From: a virus | Lineage: Duplodnaviria; Caudoviricetes | DNA length: 43,964 nucleotides | Virus record (IMG/VR): IMGVR_UViG_3300029317_000031 | Coordinates: 1 to 43,964 of that record | Direction: 5' to 3' (one strand) | Shown here: positions 28,797 through 38,629 of the stretch, piece by piece | Layout of the letters: each line of letters begins with the position of its first letter | Numbering within the stretch: position 1 is the stretch's first letter | Made by a program: the position numbers and the translations under genes | The notes under the pieces: generated by a model | Database searches by the model: none | Told to the model about the DNA's origin: nothing | The model's input: only the letters and a program-made list of their open reading frames with translations

Positions 28797-29381
28797 ATGA
28801 ATATATCAATCAAAACCCTCACCGCCGCGCTTAAAAAAGCCGCCGCCCCCCTATTTAAAGGCGATTTAAACATCACCTTGGTGGGGGTTCGCAGTGCCGA
28901 TACCCACGCCAACCGTTTTAACGATCTGCTGTGCGTGTTGGTGGAAAAGGGCGGTAAAAAGCAATTGCTTAAATACCCCATGACCACCGACCCCGGCGTG
29001 TATTACCGCGAAAACCCGTTAAACGTAAACGGCACGGCAGTACTCGTGCCAGGGCATTATAAAAGCTGCTGGCAGTTAGCCGCGCACCGGGGGCAATACA
29101 AGGCCTTGGTGCAAACAGGGCTGATGAAAGTATGGCGCGATAATGATAAAAACGCCCAGCTTAATACCGAAAACGCACCAACACAAAGCGGCTTTTTTGG
29201 CATTAACCTACACCGTGCACGGGTGGATAACGTGAGCCTGCAGGTGGATAAATGGTCGGCCGGTTGCCAAGTGTTAGCCGGTGCCGATGATTTTAACGAG
29301 TTGATGGCCTTGATTGACTTATCGGCTAAAAAATACGGTAAGAATTTTAGTTATACGCTGCTTGAAGAGAGCCAGCTATGA
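28797..29381 (+). CDS. Putative endolysin with L,D-transpeptidase-like His/Cys motif
   Basis: GINLH...WSAGCQV; directly upstream of holin-like genes. Confidence 0.6.
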   Translation: MNISIKTLTAALKKAAAPLFKGDLNITLVGVRSADTHANRFNDLLCVLVEKGGKKQLLKYPMTTDPGVYYRENPLNVNGTAVLVPGHYKSCWQLAAHRGQYKALVQTGLMKVWRDNDKNAQLNTENAPTQSGFFGINLHRARVDNVSLQVDKWSAGCQVLAGADDFNELMALIDLSAKKYGKNFSYTLLEESQL

Positions 29382-29860
29382 GCGGCTTAATGGGCAAATT
29401 AACCAGCCTAATGGGCAGTGGCTTACTCGATAGCGTGGGCAATATTGCTGATAAGTTTATTCAAACCCCCGATGAGAAAGCGGCCTTTAAAGTGGAACTG
29501 GAAAAGGTGTTACAGCAGCGCGATAGCGAGGTTGAGCAAACCATACGCGCTGAATTACAGGCCAAGGAGCGCATTATTGTGGCTGAAATGGCGCAGGGCG
29601 ATAACTACACAAAACGCGCACGGCCCACGGTTATTTATTTTGGTTTAGCCATTATTGGCTTTAATTATTGTTTGATTCCCCTGGTGCAACTGGCCATGAA
29701 TATAACCGTTGACCCGTTTACCTTGCCGGCTGAATTTTGGCTGGCGTGGGGCGGTTGTGTGGGCGTTTATAACATTGGCCGCAGTATGGAAAAGCGCGGC
29801 AATAGACACAAATTAACCCAAGCAGCGGTGGGTTCTAAGCCGCTTAATTTGCTCGACTAA
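29378..29860 (+). CDS. Holin-family membrane protein
   Basis: ARP.+.Y, transmembrane segments, GRS.EK motif. Confidence 0.75.
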   Translation: MSGLMGKLTSLMGSGLLDSVGNIADKFIQTPDEKAAFKVELEKVLQQRDSEVEQTIRAELQAKERIIVAEMAQGDNYTKRARPTVIYFGLAIIGFNYCLIPLVQLAMNITVDPFTLPAEFWLAWGGCVGVYNIGRSMEKRGNRHKLTQAAVGSKPLNLLD

Positions 29861-30189
29861 TGGAGAAGATCGTGCCGGAAAAGGACCCTACAACGTATTC
29901 ATTAATCACCTATGGCTGGGTGGTGTTGCTGGCCGGCTTTGGCGGTCTGGTTAACGTCATCCGCCAAGTTAACAGCGGCGATGGGCCCAGCTTTTCGGCT
30001 AAAAAGTTTATCGGCGAGCTGGTGATTTCGTGTTTTGCCGGGCTGATTACCTTCTTTTTATGCGAAGGCGCACAACTGGACCCGATGTTATCGGCCGGTT
30101 TAATTGGCATGGCGGGGCATATGGGCTCACGCGCTATTTTAATATTTCAACACTATTTAATTAATAAAACTAAGGGGTTCAAACGATGA
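29860..30189 (+). CDS. Holin (LydA-like)
   Basis: PEKDP start, three hydrophobic segments, GHMGSRA. Confidence 0.78.
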   Translation: MEKIVPEKDPTTYSLITYGWVVLLAGFGGLVNVIRQVNSGDGPSFSAKKFIGELVISCFAGLITFFLCEGAQLDPMLSAGLIGMAGHMGSRAILIFQHYLINKTKGFKR

Positions 30190-30467
30190 GTAAAACAACA
30201 TTAACCGTAGGCGATAAAACGTTAGATTTTAAGGTGGGCGTGGATGACTTCAACACCTACTTAAACGATCAAATGCCGAACGACAAGGTCGCACCGGCGT
30301 ATCACTTTTTGCTTAATACGGTGCTTGATGACAGCAAAGACGATTTTAAAGCGGTGGTGATGGTAGACGGTAAACCGAACGGTTTGGTGGCGCTACAAAT
30401 GGCCGGTGTACTGGCTGAACAGTTTGGCGGCGGGGTACAAATTAGCCTAAAAAAGCCGAGCGCATAG
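30186..30467 (+). CDS. Tail assembly chaperone
   Basis: NDKVAPA..FL motif; upstream of tape measure gene. Confidence 0.8.
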   Translation: MSKTTLTVGDKTLDFKVGVDDFNTYLNDQMPNDKVAPAYHFLLNTVLDDSKDDFKAVVMVDGKPNGLVALQMAGVLAEQFGGGVQISLKKPSA

Positions 30468-30637
30468 CCGCGCAAATTGAGCAAAACGGCTACCTGCAAA
30501 CGCAATGCTTAACCCACCATTGGCTACCCCAGCGTGAGCTTAACGAGCAAAGCATGGGCGAAGCCTTATACCTTGAAAAACGCTACTGGGATAATATGAA
30601 AAACGCGATCACCAACGGCATCGGGCAGGCGCTGTAA
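30449..30637 (+). CDS. -1 frameshift extension of the tail chaperone
   Basis: In-frame A_AAA_AAG at 30449-30455; -1 frame open to TAA 30635-30637, overlapping the tape measure ATG. Confidence 0.78.
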   Translation, partial: KKAERIAAQIEQNGYLQTQCLTHHWLPQRELNEQSMGEALYLEKRYWDNMKNAITNGIGQAL

Positions 30638-32382
30638 TGTCAATGCAACAGCTAGATTTTATGGTCAGCCTGATTGATCGGGTAAGCGGGCCTGCCAAAG
30701 GCATGATGACAACCATGGACAGCGTGACCACCAATATTCAAGGCGGCATGCGCAAGATTGGTTACGGCACGGCGGGCTTGGTGGGCGCTGGCATGGCGCT
30801 GGATCGGTTAATTGCGCCGGCAAAAGAAATGCGAACCGCACTGGGGACGCTTGAAAGTTTGGGGGTTGAGGAATTGGCCCTTAAAAACTTGCGCGATACC
30901 GCCCTCAACACCGGGGTGGAATTTGGTAAAAACTCGGTCGATATTGTGAACGCCAGTTACAAGTTGCAAAGTGCCATTGGTAATTTAAAAGGTGATGAGT
31001 TAAGTGATCTGGTGAACAAATCCACCTTATTAGCCACGGCCACCAAAGGCGGGCTTGAAAGCACCAATTCATTCGTCGGCCAGATGTTTAATATTCACGA
31101 AAAAGAAGCCGATATGATTGGTAAAACGGCCTTTATGAACAAGCTAATATCGAAAACATCAAAGGCGGTGCAGCTATTTAATACCGATGGCGACAAAATG
31201 GGCGAGGCGATGAAGAACATCGGCAAGCAAGCCACCGCCATGAAAGTGCCCTTATCTGAGCAGTTAGCGGTGATGGGTTTTTTACAAAACACGATGATCG
31301 AGGGTAGCCGGTCGGGCACCGCTTATACGGCGTTTTTAGCCAACATTAATAAAGCCGAAACAACCTTGGGCATGAAGTTTACCGATACCGCTGGGGCCGC
31401 TTTGCCGATGCTTGAAATTATTGGCAAATTAGAGGCTAAATTTGGTGATTTAAGCAAAGCAGCGGATCAACGGTTGATGCAAAAAGCCTTTGGTAAACGT
31501 GGGCAGCAGTTACTTAGCGCAATGGCCGGTAGCTTAGGCACCTTTGAAGGCCATTTAACAAAAATCCAAAATGCTAATGGTTTGGATGGGGTTTATACCA
31601 TGGCGGCGGCGATTACTGATCCGTGGGATCAGGCATCACAATCTATCAGCAATACGCACACCAAATTTGCCGAGTTTGTGTTGAAAGCCCTATTGCCCGT
31701 TTATACCTGGGTAGCGAAGCTGGGAGTGCAAATGGGCGGTTGGATGGATCAATTCCCAACCTTAACAAGGTACTTAGGCTATACCGTTTTGGGTATTACC
31801 GCTGTGATTGCCACCTTGTCGCTATTTTCCATCGGCATGGGCATTGCCAGCTTTATTAGCGGCGGTTTTACCGTATCAATGGGTTTGTTTAATGGCGTGA
31901 TGTCCGTGGCTAAATTCTCGCTGTTATCGATACTGCCCGCTATTTGGGGCTTTACTGCGGCGCTATTGGCCAACCCGTTAACTTGGGTGGTGTTAGGCGT
32001 GGTGGCGCTTGGCGCGGCGTTGGTGGGTTTGGTGTTGTATTGGGATGATATTACCGCCGCCATTGGCCGCTTTTTTGACAAAATTTCAAGCCTGGCCGGT
32101 ATTAAAGACCTGTTAGCGGGGTTAATACCTGACTTTATTTTAGAGTTGATTGGGGTGAATAAAACCACCGGTAGCAGCACCGAACCACCCAAGCCCATTG
32201 CGGCACCGGCGGCGCTTAACAGCACGGCCCCTAAAGCGGGCGAGCTGGGGGTGATTAACAAAATAAGCAATGCCAGCAGTGCGAACAACAGCCGACAAAT
32301 AGGCGATGTACACGTGAGCAACTTTGGCCAAGCGATGAGCGGCCAACAGTTGATTGATGACCTTGAATTTATGGGAGGCTAA
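30637..32382 (+). CDS. Tail tape measure protein
   Basis: L.D.VSGP start, Ala/Gly-rich, LLANPLTWVV hydrophobic block. Confidence 0.92.
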   Translation: MSMQQLDFMVSLIDRVSGPAKGMMTTMDSVTTNIQGGMRKIGYGTAGLVGAGMALDRLIAPAKEMRTALGTLESLGVEELALKNLRDTALNTGVEFGKNSVDIVNASYKLQSAIGNLKGDELSDLVNKSTLLATATKGGLESTNSFVGQMFNIHEKEADMIGKTAFMNKLISKTSKAVQLFNTDGDKMGEAMKNIGKQATAMKVPLSEQLAVMGFLQNTMIEGSRSGTAYTAFLANINKAETTLGMKFTDTAGAALPMLEIIGKLEAKFGDLSKAADQRLMQKAFGKRGQQLLSAMAGSLGTFEGHLTKIQNANGLDGVYTMAAAITDPWDQASQSISNTHTKFAEFVLKALLPVYTWVAKLGVQMGGWMDQFPTLTRYLGYTVLGITAVIATLSLFSIGMGIASFISGGFTVSMGLFNGVMSVAKFSLLSILPAIWGFTAALLANPLTWVVLGVVALGAALVGLVLYWDDITAAIGRFFDKISSLAGIKDLLAGLIPDFILELIGVNKTTGSSTEPPKPIAAPAALNSTAPKAGELGVINKISNASSANNSRQIGDVHVSNFGQAMSGQQLIDDLEFMGG

Positions 32383-32703
32383 GTGGCTACATATAGCGAT
32401 TTACAATTTGATAACGACGACTTGGTGCTCGACAGTGCCGGCGAGCCGGTGCTGGTGGAAGATGCCGCCTGCATTACCCAAGATGTTAAACACTTGATAC
32501 GCGACAGCGGCTTAATGGTGCAGATGATCGGCCAGCGCAATAGCGCGGTGGTGGATGATTTGGTGCTGCAGCTCACGCTGATGATTGAAGACGACGAACG
32601 GCTAGTCCCTGGCACGGTGAGCATTGAACAAAGCACCGCCGAAGTGTTTTTTATTAGTGCCGATACCTATGAGTTTGGCCCCATTTACCTGGAGGCGGGT
32701 TAA
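32383..32703 (+). CDS. Baseplate protein (DUF2590-like)
   Basis: I.QD+KH.I.DSG, E.D.RLVPGT. Confidence 0.75.
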   Translation: MATYSDLQFDNDDLVLDSAGEPVLVEDAACITQDVKHLIRDSGLMVQMIGQRNSAVVDDLVLQLTLMIEDDERLVPGTVSIEQSTAEVFFISADTYEFGPIYLEAG

Positions 32704-32705
32704 GC

Positions 32706-33881
32706 ATGAGTGATATCAATTTTAAGCAGATTTTAAAAGATGCCGGCATGCCCACCACCCGCGAGGCGCTTAATGCGCAGTGGAAAACGGACGTGGTGGC
32801 CAGCGGCAGCACGATTAATAACGACAGTGCGTACAGCCCCTTTTGGAAGGTGATTAATGCCTTAATTACCCAACCGGCGCTGTGGTTGATTGAGTTTTTA
32901 GCCAATACGGTAATGCCGAATGCCTTTGTAAAGTACGCCAGCGGCACGTTTTTAGAGGTGCTGGCCGATGGGGTTAATTTAACCCGCAAAGGCGCGGTGG
33001 CGGCGCAGGGAGAGGTGACGTTTAGCCGTTCGAATGTTGGCCAAGGCGTGACTATTGCTGCAGGCACGCTTATTCAAACCGCCAGTTTAAATGGCGCGGT
33101 GTATCAGCTAATAACCACCGCCGAAGCCAGTTTTGACAGCGGCTTAAGTACCCTACGGGTGCCGGTGCAGGCGGTGGAGGCGGGCGAGGTGTTTAACTTG
33201 GCCGCCGGCTATTATTCAATTTTGCCCACACCCATTGCCAATATTAGCGCGGTAGAAAATACCGCCGATTGGCTGAGCTTACCCGGTGCGAATATTGAAA
33301 CCGATGACGATTTACGCGCACGGGTGCGCAACCAGTTTGGATCATCCAGTGATTTCCATAGCGATGCGGTGTATACGGCGCTGATTAGCACCTTCCCCGG
33401 GGTGACGGTAGATGCTATTTGGTTTGAACACGATGCCCCGCGTGGCCCCGGCACGGCGAATGCGTTTGTGTTATTTGATTTTGCCGCACCGGTGAGCCAA
33501 TACCTGGCCGATATTAATAAACACATTACTGACGATGGCCACCACGGCCACGGTGATGATTTGCTGGTGTTCCAAATGCCGGAACAAAACCAAGCCTTAA
33601 CCGCCACGGTGTACCACGACAACACCCTACTAGCGGATGACATTACCGCGTTGCAAACACAGGTGGATGACTTTATTAGTGCAGCGTTTAGGGAAAACAC
33701 CCTGTACAGCCCCAGCCAAACGTACCCACACAATCGGTTTAGTTTTAGCCGATTAGGGCAAGAACTGCACGCAGCGTTTAACGGGATTCATTCGGTTGAT
33801 TTTAATTTAGACGACATTGTGAGCCAGCTTTGGGTGGCGCGCTTAAGCAGTTTAACGGTAACCATGCAGGCCACAGAATGA
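32706..33881 (+). CDS. Baseplate J/gp47-family protein
   Basis: ETDDDLRAR, APRGPGTAN. Confidence 0.9.
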   Translation: MSDINFKQILKDAGMPTTREALNAQWKTDVVASGSTINNDSAYSPFWKVINALITQPALWLIEFLANTVMPNAFVKYASGTFLEVLADGVNLTRKGAVAAQGEVTFSRSNVGQGVTIAAGTLIQTASLNGAVYQLITTAEASFDSGLSTLRVPVQAVEAGEVFNLAAGYYSILPTPIANISAVENTADWLSLPGANIETDDDLRARVRNQFGSSSDFHSDAVYTALISTFPGVTVDAIWFEHDAPRGPGTANAFVLFDFAAPVSQYLADINKHITDDGHHGHGDDLLVFQMPEQNQALTATVYHDNTLLADDITALQTQVDDFISAAFRENTLYSPSQTYPHNRFSFSRLGQELHAAFNGIHSVDFNLDDIVSQLWVARLSSLTVTMQATE

Positions 33882-34009
33882 TGACGTGCAGGGATGCACT
33901 AATATGCCCGAAGGAAATGCCCTTGGGTGCGCGGCGGCAGGATGACGTGCAGGGATGCACTAATGTCGCGATGGCAGGAGCCATTGAGCGACCCGAGGAG
34001 CGATGAAAC
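33880..34009. repeat. Small repeat-containing insert between baseplate J and tail I genes
   Basis: 24-bp direct repeat GATGACGTGCAGGGATGCACTAAT at 33880-33903 and 33941-33964, plus short palindromes. Confidence 0.65.
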
Positions 34010-34534
34010 ATGATAGATATTAAACTGCCGTTTTGGCTAAGCGCCGATGAAACCGCCAAGTTAATAACGGCGGCTAAAACGTGGTGGGCACGGCTTGAGG
34101 CTATTTTAGTGTGGCCGCTGGGCCAGTTTGATGCGCTAACGTGTGAATTGGCGATGCTTAATTTGTTGGCATGGCAGCGCGATATTGACCGCTTTACCGA
34201 TGAACCCGAAAGCCTGTACCGCTTACGGGTTAAACACGCGCTGATTAATGCACAAGATGCGGGCAGCAAGGCGGGCTTTATTGCTATTTTTGAACGCTTA
34301 GGTATTGGTTATGTGGAAATTGAAGAACGCACGGACCCGGTGGATTGGGATGTGATATTGCTGAATTTATCGGATTCGCAACTGGCGCAAAGCCCCGATT
34401 TACTGCAGCACATTATTCATAAATACGGCCGCACCTGCCGCCGGTACCAGTTAGTTGTTTTAACCCCCATTACCACCGGAGCGCAAATGCGCGCCACCGG
34501 GCATGTGTGGGATTTAGACGTGGCAAAAATTTAA
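34010..34534 (+). CDS. Tail protein (P2 gpI-like)
   Basis: L.LLAWQRDI.RF..EP..LYR.RV, YGRTCRRY. Confidence 0.85.
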   Translation: MIDIKLPFWLSADETAKLITAAKTWWARLEAILVWPLGQFDALTCELAMLNLLAWQRDIDRFTDEPESLYRLRVKHALINAQDAGSKAGFIAIFERLGIGYVEIEERTDPVDWDVILLNLSDSQLAQSPDLLQHIIHKYGRTCRRYQLVVLTPITTGAQMRATGHVWDLDVAKI

Positions 34535-34547
34535 CAAAGGACAACAG

Positions 34548-35909
34548 ATGGCTTTTATAACCATACTCGGTGAAAACCAATTAGCGGCAAAACAAGGCGC
34601 CGGGCAAACGCTCAATATGGCCAACTTTGTGCTGGCCAATATTGCAGGGCTAGGCGCAGAGCCTGCCGACAGAATTGAGGCCATGCCGGAGGCGGGCGAT
34701 ATAGTGGCGACCAAGGCCATTACAACATCGGGTTATGTGAATACTAACCAAGTGGTGTATTCCCTGGTGATGGATTCAGACGTGGGCGATTTTGATTTTA
34801 ACTGGATTGGCTTGGTGGATGATGAGGGCGTGTTAATTGCCGCCACCTACGTGCCGACTATTTCTAAAACGGCGAATAATGGCGTGGTGCAGGGTAATAA
34901 CTTGACCCGCAACTTTTTACTGGCGTACACCGGCATTACGGCCACCGCCGCCATTGCGGTGTCGGCTGAAACCTGGCAAATAGATTTTAATGCCCGCTTA
35001 CACGGCATTGATGAGCGTGAACGCTTAAGTAACTTTGATATTTATGGCCACGCGGGTTTTTTTGGCACGGGCTTTAGTGTCGTGCAGCAAGGCAGCACGA
35101 GCACCTACGATATTTTACCCGGCATAGCTTATGTGGGCGGGGTGCGGGTAGACAGCCTAGCAACCCAAACCGCCACCATTGCCACCGCGGGTGCTATTTG
35201 GCTGGATGTGTCCCTGCAGGGTGATATATCGGATGTGAGCGCGGTGGCGCTGATTATTGCCGATGGCGCCGCGCATAACGATTACACCGATGGCTTGGGT
35301 TTTGAGCATTATGTGACAAAACTGGCCGATATTGCCGCCAATGGGAACGTCAGTGATCAGCGGGTTAGTGGTGAGCCCTTAGATGACCATTTAGCCGATG
35401 CGGACGCGCATTCGCAGTATTTAAAAAAATCCGACACGGTAAGCCAAGCCGCCGCCGAGGCGGGCACAGCAACCACGGTTAGGGCGTGGACCGCGTTGCG
35501 GGTTAAACAGGCCATTGATGCGTTAGTGAAAGCGGCCAGCGAAACGGTGGCGGGGCTGGTTAAACGCGCCACCCAAGCCGAGGTGGACGCGGGCGCGGAT
35601 GATAGCCGTTACATTACGCCGTTAAAAATGCGGTTTGGTTTTTCAATTTCACTGGGCTCAAATGGCTATATCGTTTTCCCAACGTGGATGGGGGGGGTGA
35701 TTTTACAGTGGGGCTACTCGTCAACAGGATCGCCGCCGATGGATGTTACTTTTAACTTAGCATTCCCGAATAACGTTTTTATTGCCCACGTCACTGATGT
35801 GGGGATAGCAAATGAATCACCATTTTCAGTCTCCGGGTTAAATCAGTCTGGCTTCACGATAAACCTAGCCGTTGGTGGCGGCATGTATTGGTTCGCAATA
35901 GGGCATTAA
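34548..35909 (+). CDS. Tail fibre protein
   Basis: N-terminal GDF.FNWIGL collar domain; C-terminal NGY..FP..GG.ILQWG domain. Confidence 0.88.
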   Translation: MAFITILGENQLAAKQGAGQTLNMANFVLANIAGLGAEPADRIEAMPEAGDIVATKAITTSGYVNTNQVVYSLVMDSDVGDFDFNWIGLVDDEGVLIAATYVPTISKTANNGVVQGNNLTRNFLLAYTGITATAAIAVSAETWQIDFNARLHGIDERERLSNFDIYGHAGFFGTGFSVVQQGSTSTYDILPGIAYVGGVRVDSLATQTATIATAGAIWLDVSLQGDISDVSAVALIIADGAAHNDYTDGLGFEHYVTKLADIAANGNVSDQRVSGEPLDDHLADADAHSQYLKKSDTVSQAAAEAGTATTVRAWTALRVKQAIDALVKAASETVAGLVKRATQAEVDAGADDSRYITPLKMRFGFSISLGSNGYIVFPTWMGGVILQWGYSSTGSPPMDVTFNLAFPNNVFIAHVTDVGIANESPFSVSGLNQSGFTINLAVGGGMYWFAIGH

Positions 35910-35911
35910 AA

Positions 35912-36457
35912 ATGAAAAAAATAACATTAAAAACAAACGGCACTTTTGAGCATGTGTGGCTAACGGGAATACACACTATTCCCGCCTCTGCTATTGAGGT
36001 TAGTGACTCTGATTTTATGCTGCTATCGCAAAATGCGAACAGTAAACGATATGACATTACCGCCGGCGCGGTGGTGAATTATGTGGCCGCGTTTGATTGG
36101 GCGCAGGCTGTGTTGCAAAAACAAAGCACTATAAACAGTGCTTTTAGCGCCGCGCTGGATTCGATTACCCAACTCTATGCCCGGGAAGAAATAGACAGTT
36201 GGCCCACCCAAGAGGCCGAGGCCACCGCGTGGCTAAATGATAATAGCCAGCCTACGCCGCTAATTGATGCGATGGTGGCCAACCGGCCCAGTGTGGATAA
36301 GGCTGAATTAGTTAGCCGAATTTTAACCAACACGGCAAATTATAAGGCGGTTAGCGGGGTGGCGATGGGCAAAAAACAGGCGTTTGAAGATGTACTTTAT
36401 GCCTTGCCAGGCACTGCCACGCAGGCCGATTTTGACGCCATTATTATCGTATTTTAA
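35912..36457 (+). CDS. Tail fibre assembly protein
   Basis: Follows fibre gene; EIDSW.TQEAEA motif. Confidence 0.65.
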   Translation: MKKITLKTNGTFEHVWLTGIHTIPASAIEVSDSDFMLLSQNANSKRYDITAGAVVNYVAAFDWAQAVLQKQSTINSAFSAALDSITQLYAREEIDSWPTQEAEATAWLNDNSQPTPLIDAMVANRPSVDKAELVSRILTNTANYKAVSGVAMGKKQAFEDVLYALPGTATQADFDAIIIVF

Positions 36458-36466
36458 GGAGTTCAA

Positions 36467-37051
36467 ATGACTGTATTATTGATTGTATTAGCGCTGTTGT
36501 TATTACCGTTTGTGCTGGTGGGCGCGGGTTTATTATTTAAACGCCCGATGGGGACCCGTACCTTTGCCAATGGCTTAACGATCCGTGATTACGAGCTACC
36601 CCCTTGCTTGCGCTGGCTGCATAACCCGGAGGATCATTTAACCGGTGATAAACGGGGCTGGTATTGGTGTGAGTACTTCCCTAATTGGGTGCCGGCTTGG
36701 TTCAAAATGCTGTGGTGGAGCGGCTGGCGTAACCCGTTTAATTATTTAAAGCGGGTGGTGATGGGCGTGGATATTCGCGATTACACGTTTCATAAATTAT
36801 GCGGGCAGGATTATGTGCGTGATGATTTGCGCAGCACGGGGTTTCAAATTTTATACGCTAAACCTAAAAAGGGCGGCATGGTGCGGCCAATGTTGTATTG
36901 GGTGCGGCCATGGGGCAACAGCACCCGCGCCATTGTATGCCAATGGGGCTGGAAAATTAAGCTAGCCCACGGCGATGCAGAATATGACAACGAGTGGGAT
37001 TATTTTAAGGGGCTAACCTTTGAGCCGCAGCTATTTAAGGATATTAGCTGA
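36467..37051 (+). CDS. Trp-rich phage hypothetical protein with N-terminal TM segment
   Basis: AAGGAG RBS; WW.GWRNP motif. Confidence 0.65.
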   Translation: MTVLLIVLALLLLPFVLVGAGLLFKRPMGTRTFANGLTIRDYELPPCLRWLHNPEDHLTGDKRGWYWCEYFPNWVPAWFKMLWWSGWRNPFNYLKRVVMGVDIRDYTFHKLCGQDYVRDDLRSTGFQILYAKPKKGGMVRPMLYWVRPWGNSTRAIVCQWGWKIKLAHGDAEYDNEWDYFKGLTFEPQLFKDIS

Positions 37052-37428
37052 TGCTGGCACGGTGGCACGATTTAACCCCGCAGCAACAGGCTAATTTTGG
37101 TAATGGCTGTGGGCCTGCTTGGTTGCCGGCGTTTATAACGAATTTTATATTCGGCTGGTTTTTTAGCGCCAGCTGCCGGCGGCATGATTTTGCTTATGGA
37201 CGCGGGGGCAACGAGGCTGATCGTAAAGTAGCGGATGTGGGTTTTTTAACCGCGATGCTGGGCGATGTGGCGCGGGCAGCGGTGTTTTATAAGCCTTTTT
37301 TATGGCTGCTGGCGTGGGTTTTTTATGCGCTGGTGCGGTGGTTTGGCATACACCGTTTTAACCATGGACTGCCATTAAGTTTGGCTGATGTTTTGTTAAT
37401 CGATGGGCAGGTGGTGAGCGTTAAATGA
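37051..37428 (+). CDS. Hypothetical protein with phospholipase A2-like motif
   Basis: NGCGP ... C..HDF.Y ... AD..F. Confidence 0.5.
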   Translation: MLARWHDLTPQQQANFGNGCGPAWLPAFITNFIFGWFFSASCRRHDFAYGRGGNEADRKVADVGFLTAMLGDVARAAVFYKPFLWLLAWVFYALVRWFGIHRFNHGLPLSLADVLLIDGQVVSVK

Positions 37429-38120
37429 GCTGGCAAGCACTCACCTTAGCCCAGCCCAGCAGCAGCGCCCTTGCGTTAGACGGCGCGCTGAATGTGTTTG
37501 AGGTATCGCCCTTTAGTGCGGGTGTGGCCGAGGGCGATGGCTTAAACCGCTGGTTAAGTTTTCCCAATGCGGTGGCGGCGATTAAAGCGAAGCTCGCCGG
37601 CCAGCCGATTGAGGCGGTTTTTTGCGTGGGCGTTACGGCGGGCAATTTGGGCGATTTAGCCGTCCAAGCGGGGTTGTTAAATGGCGCATTTAACCTTAAG
37701 CAGTTGCAACAATGGCAACGCCATGCGGCTAATTTAGCGGCGCTGGAAAGTACTAAAATGCTGCTGAACGATAACGAGGCGGCATCCGGTGAGCTGGCGC
37801 TTAATGCCTTGCCAACGATTAAGACGGCGATGCAAAAGGCGCTGGATGTGCAAGGCATTGCCGATGCGGTGGCGTTAAAAGCCGCTAATCCGCTGGCTAA
37901 TTTAAACAGTTTTGCAACCGCTGCGGCTGATTTTGCTGCGCAAGTTAATACCCCATTAAGCGAGCCGGCCGGTAGCCACGGTTGGCGATTTTATGCCGAT
38001 AGCGATGTGCTAAACCAGTTAAGCCTGGGCCACCCAGGGGATGAATACAGTTATGCGGCGGTGTTGGTGTTTACTGGCAGCGCCAGCGAGTTAAATTATT
38101 TACGTGAATTAATGCCCTAG
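37425..38120 (+). CDS. Hypothetical tail-region protein
   Basis: 231 aa Ala-rich, in late operon. Confidence 0.6.
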   Translation: MSWQALTLAQPSSSALALDGALNVFEVSPFSAGVAEGDGLNRWLSFPNAVAAIKAKLAGQPIEAVFCVGVTAGNLGDLAVQAGLLNGAFNLKQLQQWQRHAANLAALESTKMLLNDNEAASGELALNALPTIKTAMQKALDVQGIADAVALKAANPLANLNSFATAAADFAAQVNTPLSEPAGSHGWRFYADSDVLNQLSLGHPGDEYSYAAVLVFTGSASELNYLRELMP

Positions 38121-38128
38121 GAGGGCGC

Positions 38129-38629
38129 ATGGCCTTATATTTAAACCAGCAGAAAATTAACGGCCAGCAGTTGAAGGTGGCGGTGGTACTGGCCTTGGCG
38201 AGTGAAGATTTAAGCGGCCAAAGCTCGTTTGCAGAGGCCGCCGAAACGGGCGATAAACCGAAGGCGATGACCGTATCGATGGTTATTCGCTACAAGCAAG
38301 CGGCTGATTTAACCGCGATGCTGGGCTTGGCTGAGGCGAAAGATTCAGTCGGCGAGCGGGTTATTTATAACGTGGTGAATGATACCGCGAGGGCGATGGG
38401 TATTCGCCGGGTGCGCTTTCAGGGCGATTTGAATGTGCGCGAAAACGATGGCAATCAGATGTGGAATGTGTCGTTTAAGTTGAGTGAAATGCGCTCGGTA
38501 CCGGAAATTAAAGAGGCCAGAACGGCCCCGCAAGCGGTCACTGATCAACCCCCAACGGTGCCCACGGTAGCCGCCCAACAAGGTTTTGCTGGGGTGCTGG
38601 ATTATGTGGCCAAGGCCACGGCACTGTAA
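38129..38629 (+). CDS. Putative baseplate complex protein
   Basis: DLSGQSS....AE.G.K.K, W.V.F.L.E..SVPE. Confidence 0.6.
   Translation: MALYLNQQKINGQQLKVAVVLALASEDLSGQSSFAEAAETGDKPKAMTVSMVIRYKQAADLTAMLGLAEAKDSVGERVIYNVVNDTARAMGIRRVRFQGDLNVRENDGNQMWNVSFKLSEMRSVPEIKEARTAPQAVTDQPPTVPTVAAQQGFAGVLDYVAKATAL

Noticed and set aside
34548-36457. Diversity-generating retroelement or invertible tail fibre system
   Set aside because: No reverse transcriptase, invertase, template repeat or second fibre tip seen
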